A stretch of 61,444 nt of DNA, filler included, from Choristocarpus tenellus KU-1152 (taxonomy: Eukaryota > Protista > Phaeophyceae): the NCBI GenBank assembly GCA_964200185.2. It is 11 parts of 11 records of this genome, joined end to end, with 100 filler letters (N's around TTAATTAATTAA, not from the genome) between each part and the next. Parts side by side here need not be neighbours in the genome. Positions count along the whole stretch, not along the records: positions 10,231 to 14,324 come from CAXNAD020016257.1; positions 14,425 to 19,420 come from CAXNAD020012236.1; positions 19,521 to 23,242 come from CAXNAD020018299.1; positions 23,343 to 27,950 come from CAXNAD020013810.1; 7 more parts are not named here. One strand, given 5' to 3'. Shown in pieces: positions 12,056 through 23,589 of this stretch (positions are counted from its first letter, which is position 1; each line of letters starts with the position of its first letter). The notes below the pieces were generated by a model that saw nothing but the letters and a program-made list of their open reading frames with translations, searched no databases and had not been told where the DNA came from. The position numbers and the translations under genes were made by a program.

Positions 12056-14107
12056 GCTATCAATCAGACAATTGTTGATGTAAAAGTGTCATTCATTGAG
12101 ACGCTCAAATGAAGGAATGCATGCTCTATGAAGAGTCTTATCGCCTTGGCTGAGAAGAGTTCCTGATGATGTTTTAAAACTGCTTATATTGCATTATGGT
12201 GTGGTCATAGTGCAGAGTGAAAAGGGTGTCTTCTGAGTGGGCAATGCCAGTCAAAGAAAAATAATATACATATGCTATATAGCTGATAACTTCTTGTCTG
12301 AAGAAGAAGAGTGGAAAACAAAGAAAGAAGACAATCTTGAATCAGGTAGTGGAACTGATATGGTACACTGTATGCCTGTATGTGTGATAGGTAGGAACTG
12401 TTCTTATGCTTCCTACGTACTGTGGTGTTCTAAATGTGGTTAGGAATGTTGTGATGATGAGCTAATGAGGTAAGTTGAAGTAGCGACCATTACAATGAAC
12501 AAATCAAAATTCAGTATGTACTGACGATACTGTATCAATTCAAGAAACAAATCAAATGCGTAGCCTATGTTATAACAGAAACCGCATAGGAGGCCGTGAC
12601 AGCGTCGATAAAAAGCCTTCTGGACATCTCCCCACGATATTGGCGGGGTTCTTGTAACAGGAGTGTAGGGGAAGGGCTGTATTCTGGTTTAATCATAAAG
12701 GGAACGCCATTCCGCAATATGGACCAAGGTTTGAAAATGTTTTTTAGAGGGGACTTGAAGAATGTTCAGGGAAAATTGTTAAAACATAGGCTACTCATCT
12801 TTGTTAGTGTGTGATTGATAAACAATATACAGTATTACCAGTTCATACTGACTGACTGTCAATTCGCACATCGGTACTGATCGTTACTCACATTTACATC
12901 ATTAGCACCTCATCATGGGATCATCAACTACTGTTGGAACCTCATGGTGGATAGGAAGTATGGAACAGTTGACATCTACCAAACATACACGCAAAGTATG
13001 TGCATATAGAGGTATCCCAGATATTGATTCAATTTATTTTCTTTGTTTTTTCTGGATACCTTTCCCCCACTTAGACCTCGAGTTTACTCTGCACTAAATG
13101 TACCTGACACAAAACTGGATGCAATATATTCTGAATGAAAATATCCACAGGAGAACCCCTTCTTCACAAGGTGGCAAGCCCCTACACAGAGCATTAATGT
13201 CTCCCATTGAATGTACCAAGGAAACCCTACATCGCTGTACCAGATAACCTCTGTGCAAAGTGCGTCACTAGGTTCATCAGCATGAATTCACTGGTGCTTC
13301 ATTGCACCATAACACATACCCCTTTACCACAACCAACCTGCAACAAGTACAAGAGGATGATTAAATTCAATCCCAGGTTTCAACAAAAATCCCACGTAAT
13401 GAGCATCAATAGTTCAAGGGATACAGAGCCGTAATGACGGGAGTATAGAGTGATTGCGAGATACCATTTAAGGAAAAAAAGTGGCAAATCTTGCTCTCCA
13501 GAACCTGTGATATCGCCAGACCAGTCAGGATCTCTGAAGTGGAATATTTAAAACCATTTTCCTCAAATGTTGGATGTGAGTGACATAGCTACTGTTTCCG
13601 ACAGGTCTGATGTGATCAGCACTGTAGCCATGGGCCTCAAGACAACAAGTGAAGTGCTAGGGATAGGGCTTGAGCTCAAGGTGAAGTACCCAAGCGTTCC
13701 ACCCTTGAATGTGAAAATTGGTGGGCAAACAATATGAACATGACGCCCACTGTGTACTGCGTGCTGGACAATCATATCTAAGAAAGGATGGGCGTATATA
13801 ACAATCTTCATATACATAATACTTCATCTGTTTCGATTTAAATGTATCATAACTTTTACAGCCCTGATGAAAAAACATTTTTTTTTTTCACATGTTCATA
13901 CTTTACGGGTGTTTTGTGCAGAAACCAAAAGGTTACCCACCAAAATCTCAAGCAAATGGGGTAGCCCACACCAATCTATGATTCTACCCCTGAAACCCTC
14001 CAATACTCCATTCCAGCACAGTATTTTACCTCATCTACTGATTCGGGGAGAGCTTGCCCCCCTACTCAGCCTTTTCGATATTAAGATGGGGAAAAGCCAA
14101 ACCATTT

Positions 14108-14262
14108 GGCTCAACGTATCTGGGGGGGGGGATGGTGGCTGTCCATTGGGGGTCTATTTTTCCATGTTGCAAATTTTGGGTGTATTTGGTTGCATTTGTT
14201 GGATAATGTAAGTGCACTTCTCCTGGTCAGGACCTGAATGGATACCCTGGTATAGACCCCCC
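14108..14262. mobile_element. MITE family A, diverged or partial
   Basis: GGCTCAACGTATCTGGGGGG...GGTGGCTGTCCATT...ACCCTGGTATAGACCCCCC. Confidence 0.8.
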
Positions 14263-15511
14263 CGCCCCCCCCCCCCCTCCGCCGCCCGACGCAAGCACGT
14301 GAGGTCGACGGTTGTTCGGCGTTTNNNNNNNNNNNNNNNNNNNNNNNNNNNNNNNNNNNNNNNNNNNNTTAATTAATTAANNNNNNNNNNNNNNNNNNNN
14401 NNNNNNNNNNNNNNNNNNNNNNNNGTTGGGGTGGTGGGGGTGGGGGGGGGGGTGTGGGTGGGGGAGGGGGGGCATTAGGTGGATAATGAACGAGGATGAC
14501 AGGACGTAAGTGAAAAGCACCAAAACACTGAGGGGTAACAAGAAGTTCAATAAAATAAGATGAAGATTTTTGAATCACTCTTTTTGACGGGATGATTGGT
14601 GCATGTGGCACCCCAAGGAAGAGGGTCTTCTGGATTGCATACAGGAGATCTTTAGCACATCCATCCCTCCACAGTGGAGGGAGGAGATTATACTATTACT
14701 AGTCCAGTAGTCCTTGCTCGCTTTTTGTTGTAGCCATTATATCCTCTGTTGTAGTGTGTCCTGGTCTATTTACTTTGGGTTAGGGTTAGGGGTAGCCTGG
14801 ACTACTCTTTTTCTTTAAGGTTTTGTGCTATGTCAATGGTAATGGTTATTCCTTTTGTCTCTAGACTATTGCAATGGCTATGGCAATGTCGATGGCAATG
14901 TCTAGTCTTGAGCATGTTCTTGACTGTAGGGTTAGGGTTAGATTGATGATTGCTGTACACACACACTATACTCTAAATATAAACCCATTTTCAATATTCA
15001 AAAGTCACTGGAAGCCTTGTCCTGGTTTCTATTGGAGTGACTAGGCTATTACATTTTCTCCTTGTTGGTAGTAGCACGGCCTTAATGACTATCTGGTCTG
15101 TGCTTGGGATGCACCTGTCAATGTTATATTTACTATTCTTAGTATTATTTACACAAGGAATGAGATCTCATGGCAATGCCCCACGTGCAACCTGTTGCTA
15201 TATGTAGCATTACCAAGTAGGAATGGGAACTACCATGTAAGAAATATTACCCACAAAAGTTTTTTTTGAGAAGATGTGCTGGTGGGTTTTGGTTAATTTT
15301 TATATTTGGCAATACATGAGTGTCTCCAAATGCACAATGTAATTGGGTTTGTAATGTAATATGTAATGTAATATCAGATGTCACATGTTTCGACCCTTAC
15401 CTCCCTCAAGACAATCCTTGGCCTTGGCTGCTGGGTTTGCCCACGTACGTCAGACCACCTATAGTGCAAAACCGATATTACTGTATTTGACGACCAATAC
15501 TCTATACAAGA

Positions 15512-15730
15512 TGTTGCTATGATTGAGGTATTGTGTGTGTTTATTGTTCTCACCACGGAAAGTTCTTGTTGCTATGATTGAGGTATTGTGTGTTTGTTGT
15601 TCTTACCATGGAAAGTTCTTGTTGCTATGATTGAGGTATTGCGTGTTTGTTGTTCTTACCATGGAAAGTTCTTGTTGCTATGATTGAGGCATTGTGTGTT
15701 TATTGTTCCTACTACGGAAAGTTCTTCTTG
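15512..15730. repeat. ~53-bp minisatellite, about 4 copies
   Basis: Unit TGTTGCTATGATTGAGGTATTGTGTGTTTGTTGTTCTTACCATGGAAAGTTCT. Confidence 0.92.
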
Positions 15731-18700
15731 CTTGTGATGTACAGGAGAGTAGTTGGTATGAAGTTGTGTTATGTTTGCTACATGATGTATCGTCATGGCT
15801 TGTGTTGGGCTTGTATTGTAGCCTTGATGTTTTTGTCTGTGTAGGAGTATTTAGCATATGTGGGTTTCAACATACATGCCAAGGTGTTCCCAGTGAGAGA
15901 GTCTCTCTGGGATGGCCTTGTCTACCCGTTGTGGAGGGTAAGGAGCTGGGAAAGTCGTCACCTGAAAACTTTGTTGTTAACACTCCAAGAAATTGTGGCG
16001 ATGAGATCTGTATTCAAGCATACTGATTGATAAGGAGGAACACTGATTGGAGCACTTGCACTGTGAAGGTTAGGGTTAGCTTATGCCGTGCTTCCTTTCT
16101 TGGGATTTGGGAAAAATGCTTACCTGTTACAATCTGGGTGGCTCCTAACAAGTTTGTCATTTTGAAAAGACTACTAAAAATGTGGATTTTGTGTTCAAAG
16201 GTGTATTGATATTGAGTTAGGGTTATTTGGCAATCTTCAACCTGATGAAGCTAGATTGTATATGTGTACATGGAAGGGACTTTCAAGGGTCCTACCTTAT
16301 GTGTATCCAGTGATACATCCCAACTGCCCCATGAGAAGGAGGTGGGGAGAAATTAAGTTAAACATAACAAACCCTAACCCTAACCTACACTTTTGTGCTA
16401 TTTCTTTGAAACTCCACACAAGTTACCAAGTAACCTTGATTCTATGATAAGAAATTTTACGATAGAGTGTGTGCCCTGTCTTTAGTGAAAGTCAAGGTAT
16501 CCTGCTGTGAGGACAAACCCAAAATTAATAGAACTAAATCAAATTCTCCAGACCCTTGGTGTTCTACCTTGCTCCATGTTTGTCAGGAGAAATTGGATTT
16601 GTAATCCAAAATCGAAAGCATGTCATATTCCATTCTGCTACTCAGGAAATTCATTCTGTGGGTTTTTGATACATCACAAGTTACGCCCCAAAAAATAATA
16701 CTTCATTGTATTGGCAGCCTGATTGATGTTGAGTTCCCATGCCCATTGGTTTGTCCCTTACCGACCAAACTTTCTTATTCTGGATCTTGTTGACAAATTG
16801 CTCAAGACATTGCATCATACATAATATAGTCTGTACAATATGTCATTTTACCTTGGATATGGTCTTAACAGTTTGAATCAGTTAGTAGATTTGCTTCCTG
16901 AGACAAGGTATACCCTTGAACTGTCAGTGCAACATTACAGATAGTTGATACATCGAGGTATTATTCACATCCCCCATGGTAGACAGATCCTGACTTGTGT
17001 TTTGAAGTTTGATATGAGAAAAATGGTGCTCGACTCCTCAGCTTGAGAGGAAGGGGGTAGTGTTCAATACATCAGTCCGTATATGTGCTTACATTTTTTT
17101 ATTTCGGACATGAAAAGAAGTGAGCGTAGTCAAGATTTTCCGGTCAGTTAGGCACAAAAAGGTACAGTGGTTTACAGACTTCGGGTTAGGGTTAGGGTTA
17201 GGTTAACCCTAACCCAAAGTTTACAGACATGCAGTGATACCACTTCAAGACTTGTCTGCTAATCCCAGACATCCAAAGAGATAAGGATAATATAACTGTT
17301 TTCTCACAGATCGGCTGAAGGCCTGGGAAGACGGATCTGCATTGAAGAAGATTGGTCACTAGATTAAAAAGGGTATTCCTGGTCAAACATGGGGTATGAC
17401 AGGTAACCCTTTAAAACCTCTACTATAAGAGTTACGTATTGTATGATAACATTCACCTGCCTATGGACAAAAGATAGGCCTCTCCAACACTAGAAGCATG
17501 CTTACAAACTAAAATAAGACAAGTGTGAGCCTTTACTCAATTCTGGAATGATACCATACATGTCTTGTGCCTTGTCCCACCTTCAAAACTTTAACTCTAT
17601 CTGCAGATAGCACCACCACATTGTCAAAACAAAACATTGTTCAAGCTACTGTATCAAAAGGAGTATTCATCCTCTCCAACCATAGAAAATACACACAAGC
17701 ACACACACACATTGCAGCTACTAAAAACAAAACTAAAAAAGTGCTTCACAAAAAAAAGACAATGGATATTAATGTAATGCCTTCCCTTTCCCTACAAAAC
17801 CTTAAGTAGTACCAGATTTAACACGATCCACCTCTGCTCCATCAACAAAGAAGACATAGCTATCAATGCCCATTCCTTCATACAGTTCACACACAACGAC
17901 TAAGGATGGTCGGCCACCTCTGCTGGCAATCACACAGAACATCAAAACAAAGAATCAACAGAGGATAATGCAATCCTACCACCTATGCACCCTTAGCAAT
18001 TCTACAGTACTGAAGCACATAGTTACATAGGTACATAGAAAAAAGCAAAAACTTGAGATACACAACAGGGCACAGGTATCCTTTGCCAAGGATATCAACT
18101 TACAGGACAAGACACATGACTGCCTTGATGAAATTCTACATGGTTCATTCCATCAGCAACACATCCAACCCTAACCCTAACTTTAACCTCAAGCACATCT
18201 CAATTCCATTGAGCTAGGGGCTCTTGAAGCATTTCTCCAGAGGACATCAACCGCACACCATGTCCTCATCTTTTTTTTTTAAATCTTTGCACTAGGACCA
18301 CCACTCTCTCTCTGTAAAATCCACATCACAATCCTTAACCTTCACTTCAGGAGACAGGCTCTGCACCCTCCTACCAATAGCATAAACATCTTGCTAGAAG
18401 ACTTATCAACACGACAAGAGACACCTTGATATAGCCTCAAGAAAAGCACAACCCCTAACCTAGTCATGTAACTATTCCACTATATGGTTAAATGTAAACC
18501 AATGTTCTTAGACCTTGATATCGAACCATTCCCCAAGGTGAAAATGCCAGACACAGCAGGATCTGGGTGCCACACCGAGTGAACCACCTTGACTGATGAA
18601 CCCACCATAACAGTCTTAGCCAATCACACGATTTCCACATGTACATAACCCCCCCATCCATTCACATCAGTAAAACATCAACCATCATCAAGCAGAGGTG

Positions 18701-19124
18701 CGCAGGATGACATAAGGAGAGAGTCATGTTGAGACTAAATTTCAGAAATATGCAAATACAGACTAGAGACTAGAGAGAAGGAGTCCTTTAGTAACTCTAA
18801 CCCTACATCATGCTGGTGTGACTCAGAAAAACTATCTTCTAACCCTAACCCTAGCCTGAAAGGTGTGTGTGTAAGTATGGTCTTGTTCAACACAAAATAA
18901 AAAAACGTTGGAGTATCCTGGAACTTCACACCTCTCAATATTTTTTGTTACCAATATCATAGGGTTAGGGTTAGGGTTAGCTTTTTTGTTAGAGGCAGGT
19001 GCACTCAATACAAGGAACTTGGTGTTACAACATTGGAAATCTGAGCCTAATCCTAACCTTAAACCCAACTCCCCCATCCCATGCACACTCAACCCTAACC
19101 CTAACCCTAACCCTAACACCTCAC

Positions 19125-19320
19125 CGACATTGGTCTTGAATGCCCAGACCTCGTGTCCCAAATGTAGAAGCAACCATTCTGACTGCCTGCACATGTGAGG
19201 TAGTTCCCACAGGGGGACAGGCGAGGAAGGATGTTGATGCTGTATGGCTTGTCATGAGCATCCCTCTCCCAGTACCATCGAGTGCTTGACTCATGAGAGT
19301 GGGGGTCACGTCTATCCAGC
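19125..19320 (-). CDS. Internal exon of a WD40-repeat-like protein; a further exon is possible near 18500-18615
   Basis: tactgcag| acceptor and |gtgagg donor. RLSPCGNYLTCAGSQNGCFYIWDTRSG fits the WD40 consensus ending in WD. Confidence 0.65.
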
Positions 19321-19382
19321 CTGCAGTATATACCATGTAGTATACAGTACCCCCCCCCCCCCCCCCCCACCACAAAAAAAAA

Positions 19383-19420
<38 letters not shown>

Positions 19421-19521
19421 NNNNNNNNNNNNNNNNNNNNNNNNNNNNNNNNNNNNNNNNNNNNTTAATTAATTAANNNNNNNNNNNNNNNNNNNNNNNN
19501 NNNNNNNNNNNNNNNNNNNNA

Positions 19522-19702
19522 GGGTCAAAGTATCTGGCGGGGAGGGGGGGTGTTGGCGTCCGTTTTTGACCCTTTTTTCGATTTTCCCTTTTTTGGTGTG
19601 ATTTGGTCGCATGTGTTGGATTTGAAATGTCAGCAAAAAAAAGAGCTGTTTGACCGAAATGGACGCCCCCTCACAAATCACCCCCCCCAGATACTTTGAC
19701 CC
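19522..19702. mobile_element. MITE family C (A-related, different interior), complete
   Basis: Perfect TIRs GGGTCAAAGTATCTGG / CCAGATACTTTGACCC. Confidence 0.88.
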
Positions 19703-19885
19703 AACATCAACAATCAGTTTCTGTAAAATATTTAAAAAGAGCGTTTCTGATCTTGTGTCAGGATACTTTATCTTGTTTTTGTGGATGATTTATAACTCTG
19801 TTCAAGTGAGGAGACATCTGCACCTTGTGGTGTTGATCTCAAGACACAAGACAATAATAATAATAATGATGATAAGATCAATACT

Positions 19886-20239
19886 GGGTCAAAGTATCTG
19901 GGGGGGGGTGGTGGCGTCCGTTTTTGACCCTAGCTCAAAGTACCTGGGGGGGGTGGTGGCTGTCCATTTGGAGCTAAATTTTTCATGTTGCGATTTCTGT
20001 GTGATTTGATTCCATACTTTGGATGTATAATGAAAGTGCACTTTTCCTGGTGTTGGTCCAAATGGACGCTTTGGTGAAGACTCATACCCACCCCCCCCCC
20101 ACACCCTCATTTTGTTCTTNNNNNNNNNNTTTTTTTCCCCATTTTGGGTTTAAAAGGAAAGGGCTCTTTTTCTGGGTTTGGGCCAAAAGGGTGTTTTTGG
20201 GGGAACCCCCCCCCCCCCCCCCCCCAGATACTTTGAGTC
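19886..20239. mobile_element. MITE family C left end with a family A copy starting at 19932 (small N gap inside)
   Basis: GGGTCAAAGTATCTGGG...GCGTCCGTTTTTGACCCT is followed directly by AGCTCAAAGTACCTGGG...CTGTCCATTTGG; ends CCAGATACTTTGAGTC. Confidence 0.8.
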
Positions 20240-20557
20240 TACTATCTGTTTAGTGTGAGCACAAAATATCAATAATACTACTACTACTAATAATAATGAG
20301 TTGAAAAAAACGCTCTGATATAAAAATCGGATTGATAGCCTTGTCGATACATTGACACACCCCTACCAAGTCATATATATTTATATATATATATATTTCC
20401 AAGTGCCATACAACTTTTTTTTTCTTTAGTGCTTGCGTGTATGTAGTTATGTATGTATGTATGTATTTATATATTATATACCCACAGATAAGATGAGACA
20501 CCCACATTCACTCACACGCACACAAACAAGGATTCTTCTTTTGGCTGGCATATGCAG

Positions 20558-20694
20558 GTGAATCAAGAATTTCAAATAGACATCCATCCCGCAGCAAAGT
20601 TTGGCGAAGGCGTTTTCATCGATCATGGTACCGGAATTGTTGTTGGAGAGACAGCGGAGGTTGGAAATGATGTGTCCATGCTCCACAGGGTATG

Positions 20695-20747
<53 letters not shown>

Positions 20748-21534
20748 CGTGTTGTTTTTTGGTGGAATTTTTTTTTGACAAGAATTCATCTTCCGTTTTA
20801 AGAACAATAATGCTTCACTTGTAAGACCTGTGACTACACTGACTACACACCTCCTGGGAGGCCCTAACCAAGTCTACCTGTGATGCCTATATATATATAT
20901 ATATATCAGACGGCTAACCCTAACCCTAAAACAAACTGTGCCATTACGACATTACTCTGAAATTGGGCAAAAAGAGGGTTTCCTATTATTACCAAAGGTG
21001 TTAGTTGCTATTTATAGTGGGCAATGCATTCGATCCAAGGTTTCATCGATTACGTCACAATGATTTTTTTTATTTAGTGTCCTGCACATGTCCATCAGGA
21101 ATTTATTTATTTTTGTTTAAATTTGGAGCTGTGATTTTCGCCATCTTGATAGACGGGGGCAGTTCGATTTTGTATTGACATTGACTATTGATATTTACTG
21201 TTGGAATTAACAATTGAACTCATTTACATCAAAACAAAAATATATGATAGTGTTAGGATGTATATAATTGGTCGGTACAGGTTTTTTAGTTCATGTTTTG
21301 ATGTCTCTCCAAGCACGAAAAAGATCTTTATATTGATCAGCACTTTGTATCTCATTGGACAAAATAATATATATAAAACAAAATCTGTGCCCTCAACAAC
21401 TCTTGCGAGTGGGGGCGGGGGGGGGGCATCGTTTGTCGTGAATTAATGAAGCACTTTCAACTTTTTTTTTCTTTTTCTCCTTTTGAAACTGTCGACAGGA
21501 TCAACTCTCCACAATTATATGCATGTTATGTATG

Positions 21535-21566
<32 letters not shown>

Positions 21567-21706
21567 TATACAACTTGCTAATAATTTTGGACTTTTGATC
21601 CACAGGTTACGCTGGGCGGTTCTGGCGTAAAGAACGCAGACCGCCACCCCAAGATCGGCAACGGGGTTTTGATAGGGGCTGGAGCGTGTCTTCTGGGTGC
21701 CATCAA
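20558..21706 (+). CDS. cysE: Serine O-acetyltransferase, two internal exons (20558-20689, 21606-21706), partial gene
   Basis: Spliced in phase: [44 protein letters not shown]|[33 protein letters not shown]. Canonical SAT hexapeptide motifs DIHP, DHGTG, VTLGG and DRHPKIG; GT-AG intron. Confidence 0.95.
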
Positions 21707-23445
21707 GTGCGTGTCCAGAGGGTGGTTCTGTGTTGAGGGGGTTTGATGAGGGCCAAGTAATGAAGTTATTAATAGTGCCAATGGTTGAAGTGTTGAGAGT
21801 GATGTAACTGCAGCCTAAATCATAGCTGGCCTGCCCACCCGCCCACCCGCCTGCCTGTGGTGACCCTGGTACTAGTTTTCGATTTTTTTTGGACAATTTA
21901 AATGATGTATGTACTGCGTGCAGTCATTGGATGTATGTGGGTTGAAGAGGTTTGTGAGTATTTGAAGATTCAAACTGTTCTGCTTTTGAAATAAGAATAA
22001 TAAACTTTTTTGTACATACGCGCATCTGAACGATAATATATATATATATATTCATACATAGATATGTGCTTATTACTGGAACATAGAGTGAGGGTCAGGT
22101 TTGAGGTCAGTTTTTTTTAATGTATTGTGATTTTTTATTGGCAATGTGTCAGGCTGTGGTTTGAATCAAATCAAAGTGGTATACTCTGGAGTGTATGACA
22201 TGGCATTAGGACAGAGGAGTCCTGTTGTGGAGACTTGGTTTTTTTATTACTATTTTGATTGTGTTGGAAATGGTAGTAGATGTAGAAACAACCCTCCGCT
22301 CCCTATCCTATACCCATGTGCTTGATACCCTTCCCTGTTGTACTCCCCTTGCCAGCAAGAAAGTTCGGCCCCGTGTGTTGGTTGTGACAATACGTTTTTT
22401 TGTTTTTGTTTTGTTAGTGTGTACTGTACTTTACATTACTTTTGTTGGAATAGAGATGGGGATATGCAATATGCCTTGGGGCATGTGGTAGTGGTGCTGG
22501 GCGTGAGGGGGGGGTCCAAGGGTTTAGAGCCAGTTTTCTTGTGTGCTAATTTCAAGTAAATACAATGATAATTTGTATTTTATTTTTGAGTGTATCGTAA
22601 TGCGCATAATACTTTCAACGGTATATTAATTCTTCTTCTTTTTTTAATAATTACCTGATCGTTCATGTACTGTAGTCAAGTTTAATAATCACTTTACTTT
22701 CTATTCTTGATTTTAGTGCACTCCGAAGTAGAACGTAAAATTTTCATCGAAGAAGTATTTTTATCATCCTTGGTCAAAACACTGAACATATTTTCTTTTT
22801 TTATTTCCTTTCTGTGTGATGCGACCCGTTGCCCGTTGATGATGAGGACCTAAGGTGTTGATGAATACATACATACATACATACATTTAAGCGCCCCCTC
22901 TCGCGGCGTGAAAACCCCTGTTTTTTGTTCCTTTTATTTTGGTCTATTGAAGTTGGGGTTTTTTTTCCCCTCTTTGAGTCTATCGCATGTCATGTGTGTG
23001 TGCGTAGAAATTCTGCTGCTCGTGCGTCCGGAAGTTTGTTGACGTAAGCGTGTTGAATATATACGGTTCGTTCTTGTGTACCGTATGAGTGTGTGTGTGT
23101 GTGTTATTTAAGGTGGGTATGATGAAGGGTGATCCCGAGCGTTTTAAAATTCGAGGCGAGAGCAGCGTGTTGGGTGGGGGTGTGCAGGTACTAGGTATCT
23201 AGGGTTGGGGGGGGTCAGGGGTGGGTGCAGGAGGGCATGAGGNNNNNNNNNNNNNNNNNNNNNNNNNNNNNNNNNNNNNNNNNNNNTTAATTAATTAANN
23301 NNNNNNNNNNNNNNNNNNNNNNNNNNNNNNNNNNNNNNNNNNTACTTATATTATTATCTATTGCGCACATCACCAGACACGTCAAAATGTGTCTGTGTCA
23401 GTCGCACTACATCAGCCACTTATATTGAACAAAATAAGAAATTAA

Positions 23446-23514
23446 TCCTTCGATACTCGAACCTGTGACTCTAAGCACACCACATCAAATCCTTGACCCT
23501 TACTCTACTCAGTC
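23446..23514 (-). mobile_element. Decayed tRNA-like sequence, possible SINE head
   Basis: Minus strand GACTGAGTAGAGTAAGGG...GTCACAGGTTCGAGTA has A-box- and B-box-like motifs at tRNA spacing; no clean cloverleaf. Confidence 0.4.
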
Positions 23515-23589
23515 AATACTTCTGTTGCATTCTGCTGTTCACTAAACATATAACGTTCTATATAGTTCCTAGCCTATATTGCACAGTGC

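Noticed and set aside
15512-15730. Regular repeats resembling a CRISPR array
   Set aside because: Units are contiguous and near-identical with no unique spacers; no cas genes; eukaryotic context.
15860-17100. Possible Gypsy/LINE remnants (e.g. LYMCTWKGLSRV)
   Set aside because: Only one weak motif and many stops; cannot be assigned without BLASTX.
20698-20744. (CA)n run giving HTHTHT/CVCVCV ORF tails
   Set aside because: Intronic microsatellite, not coding.
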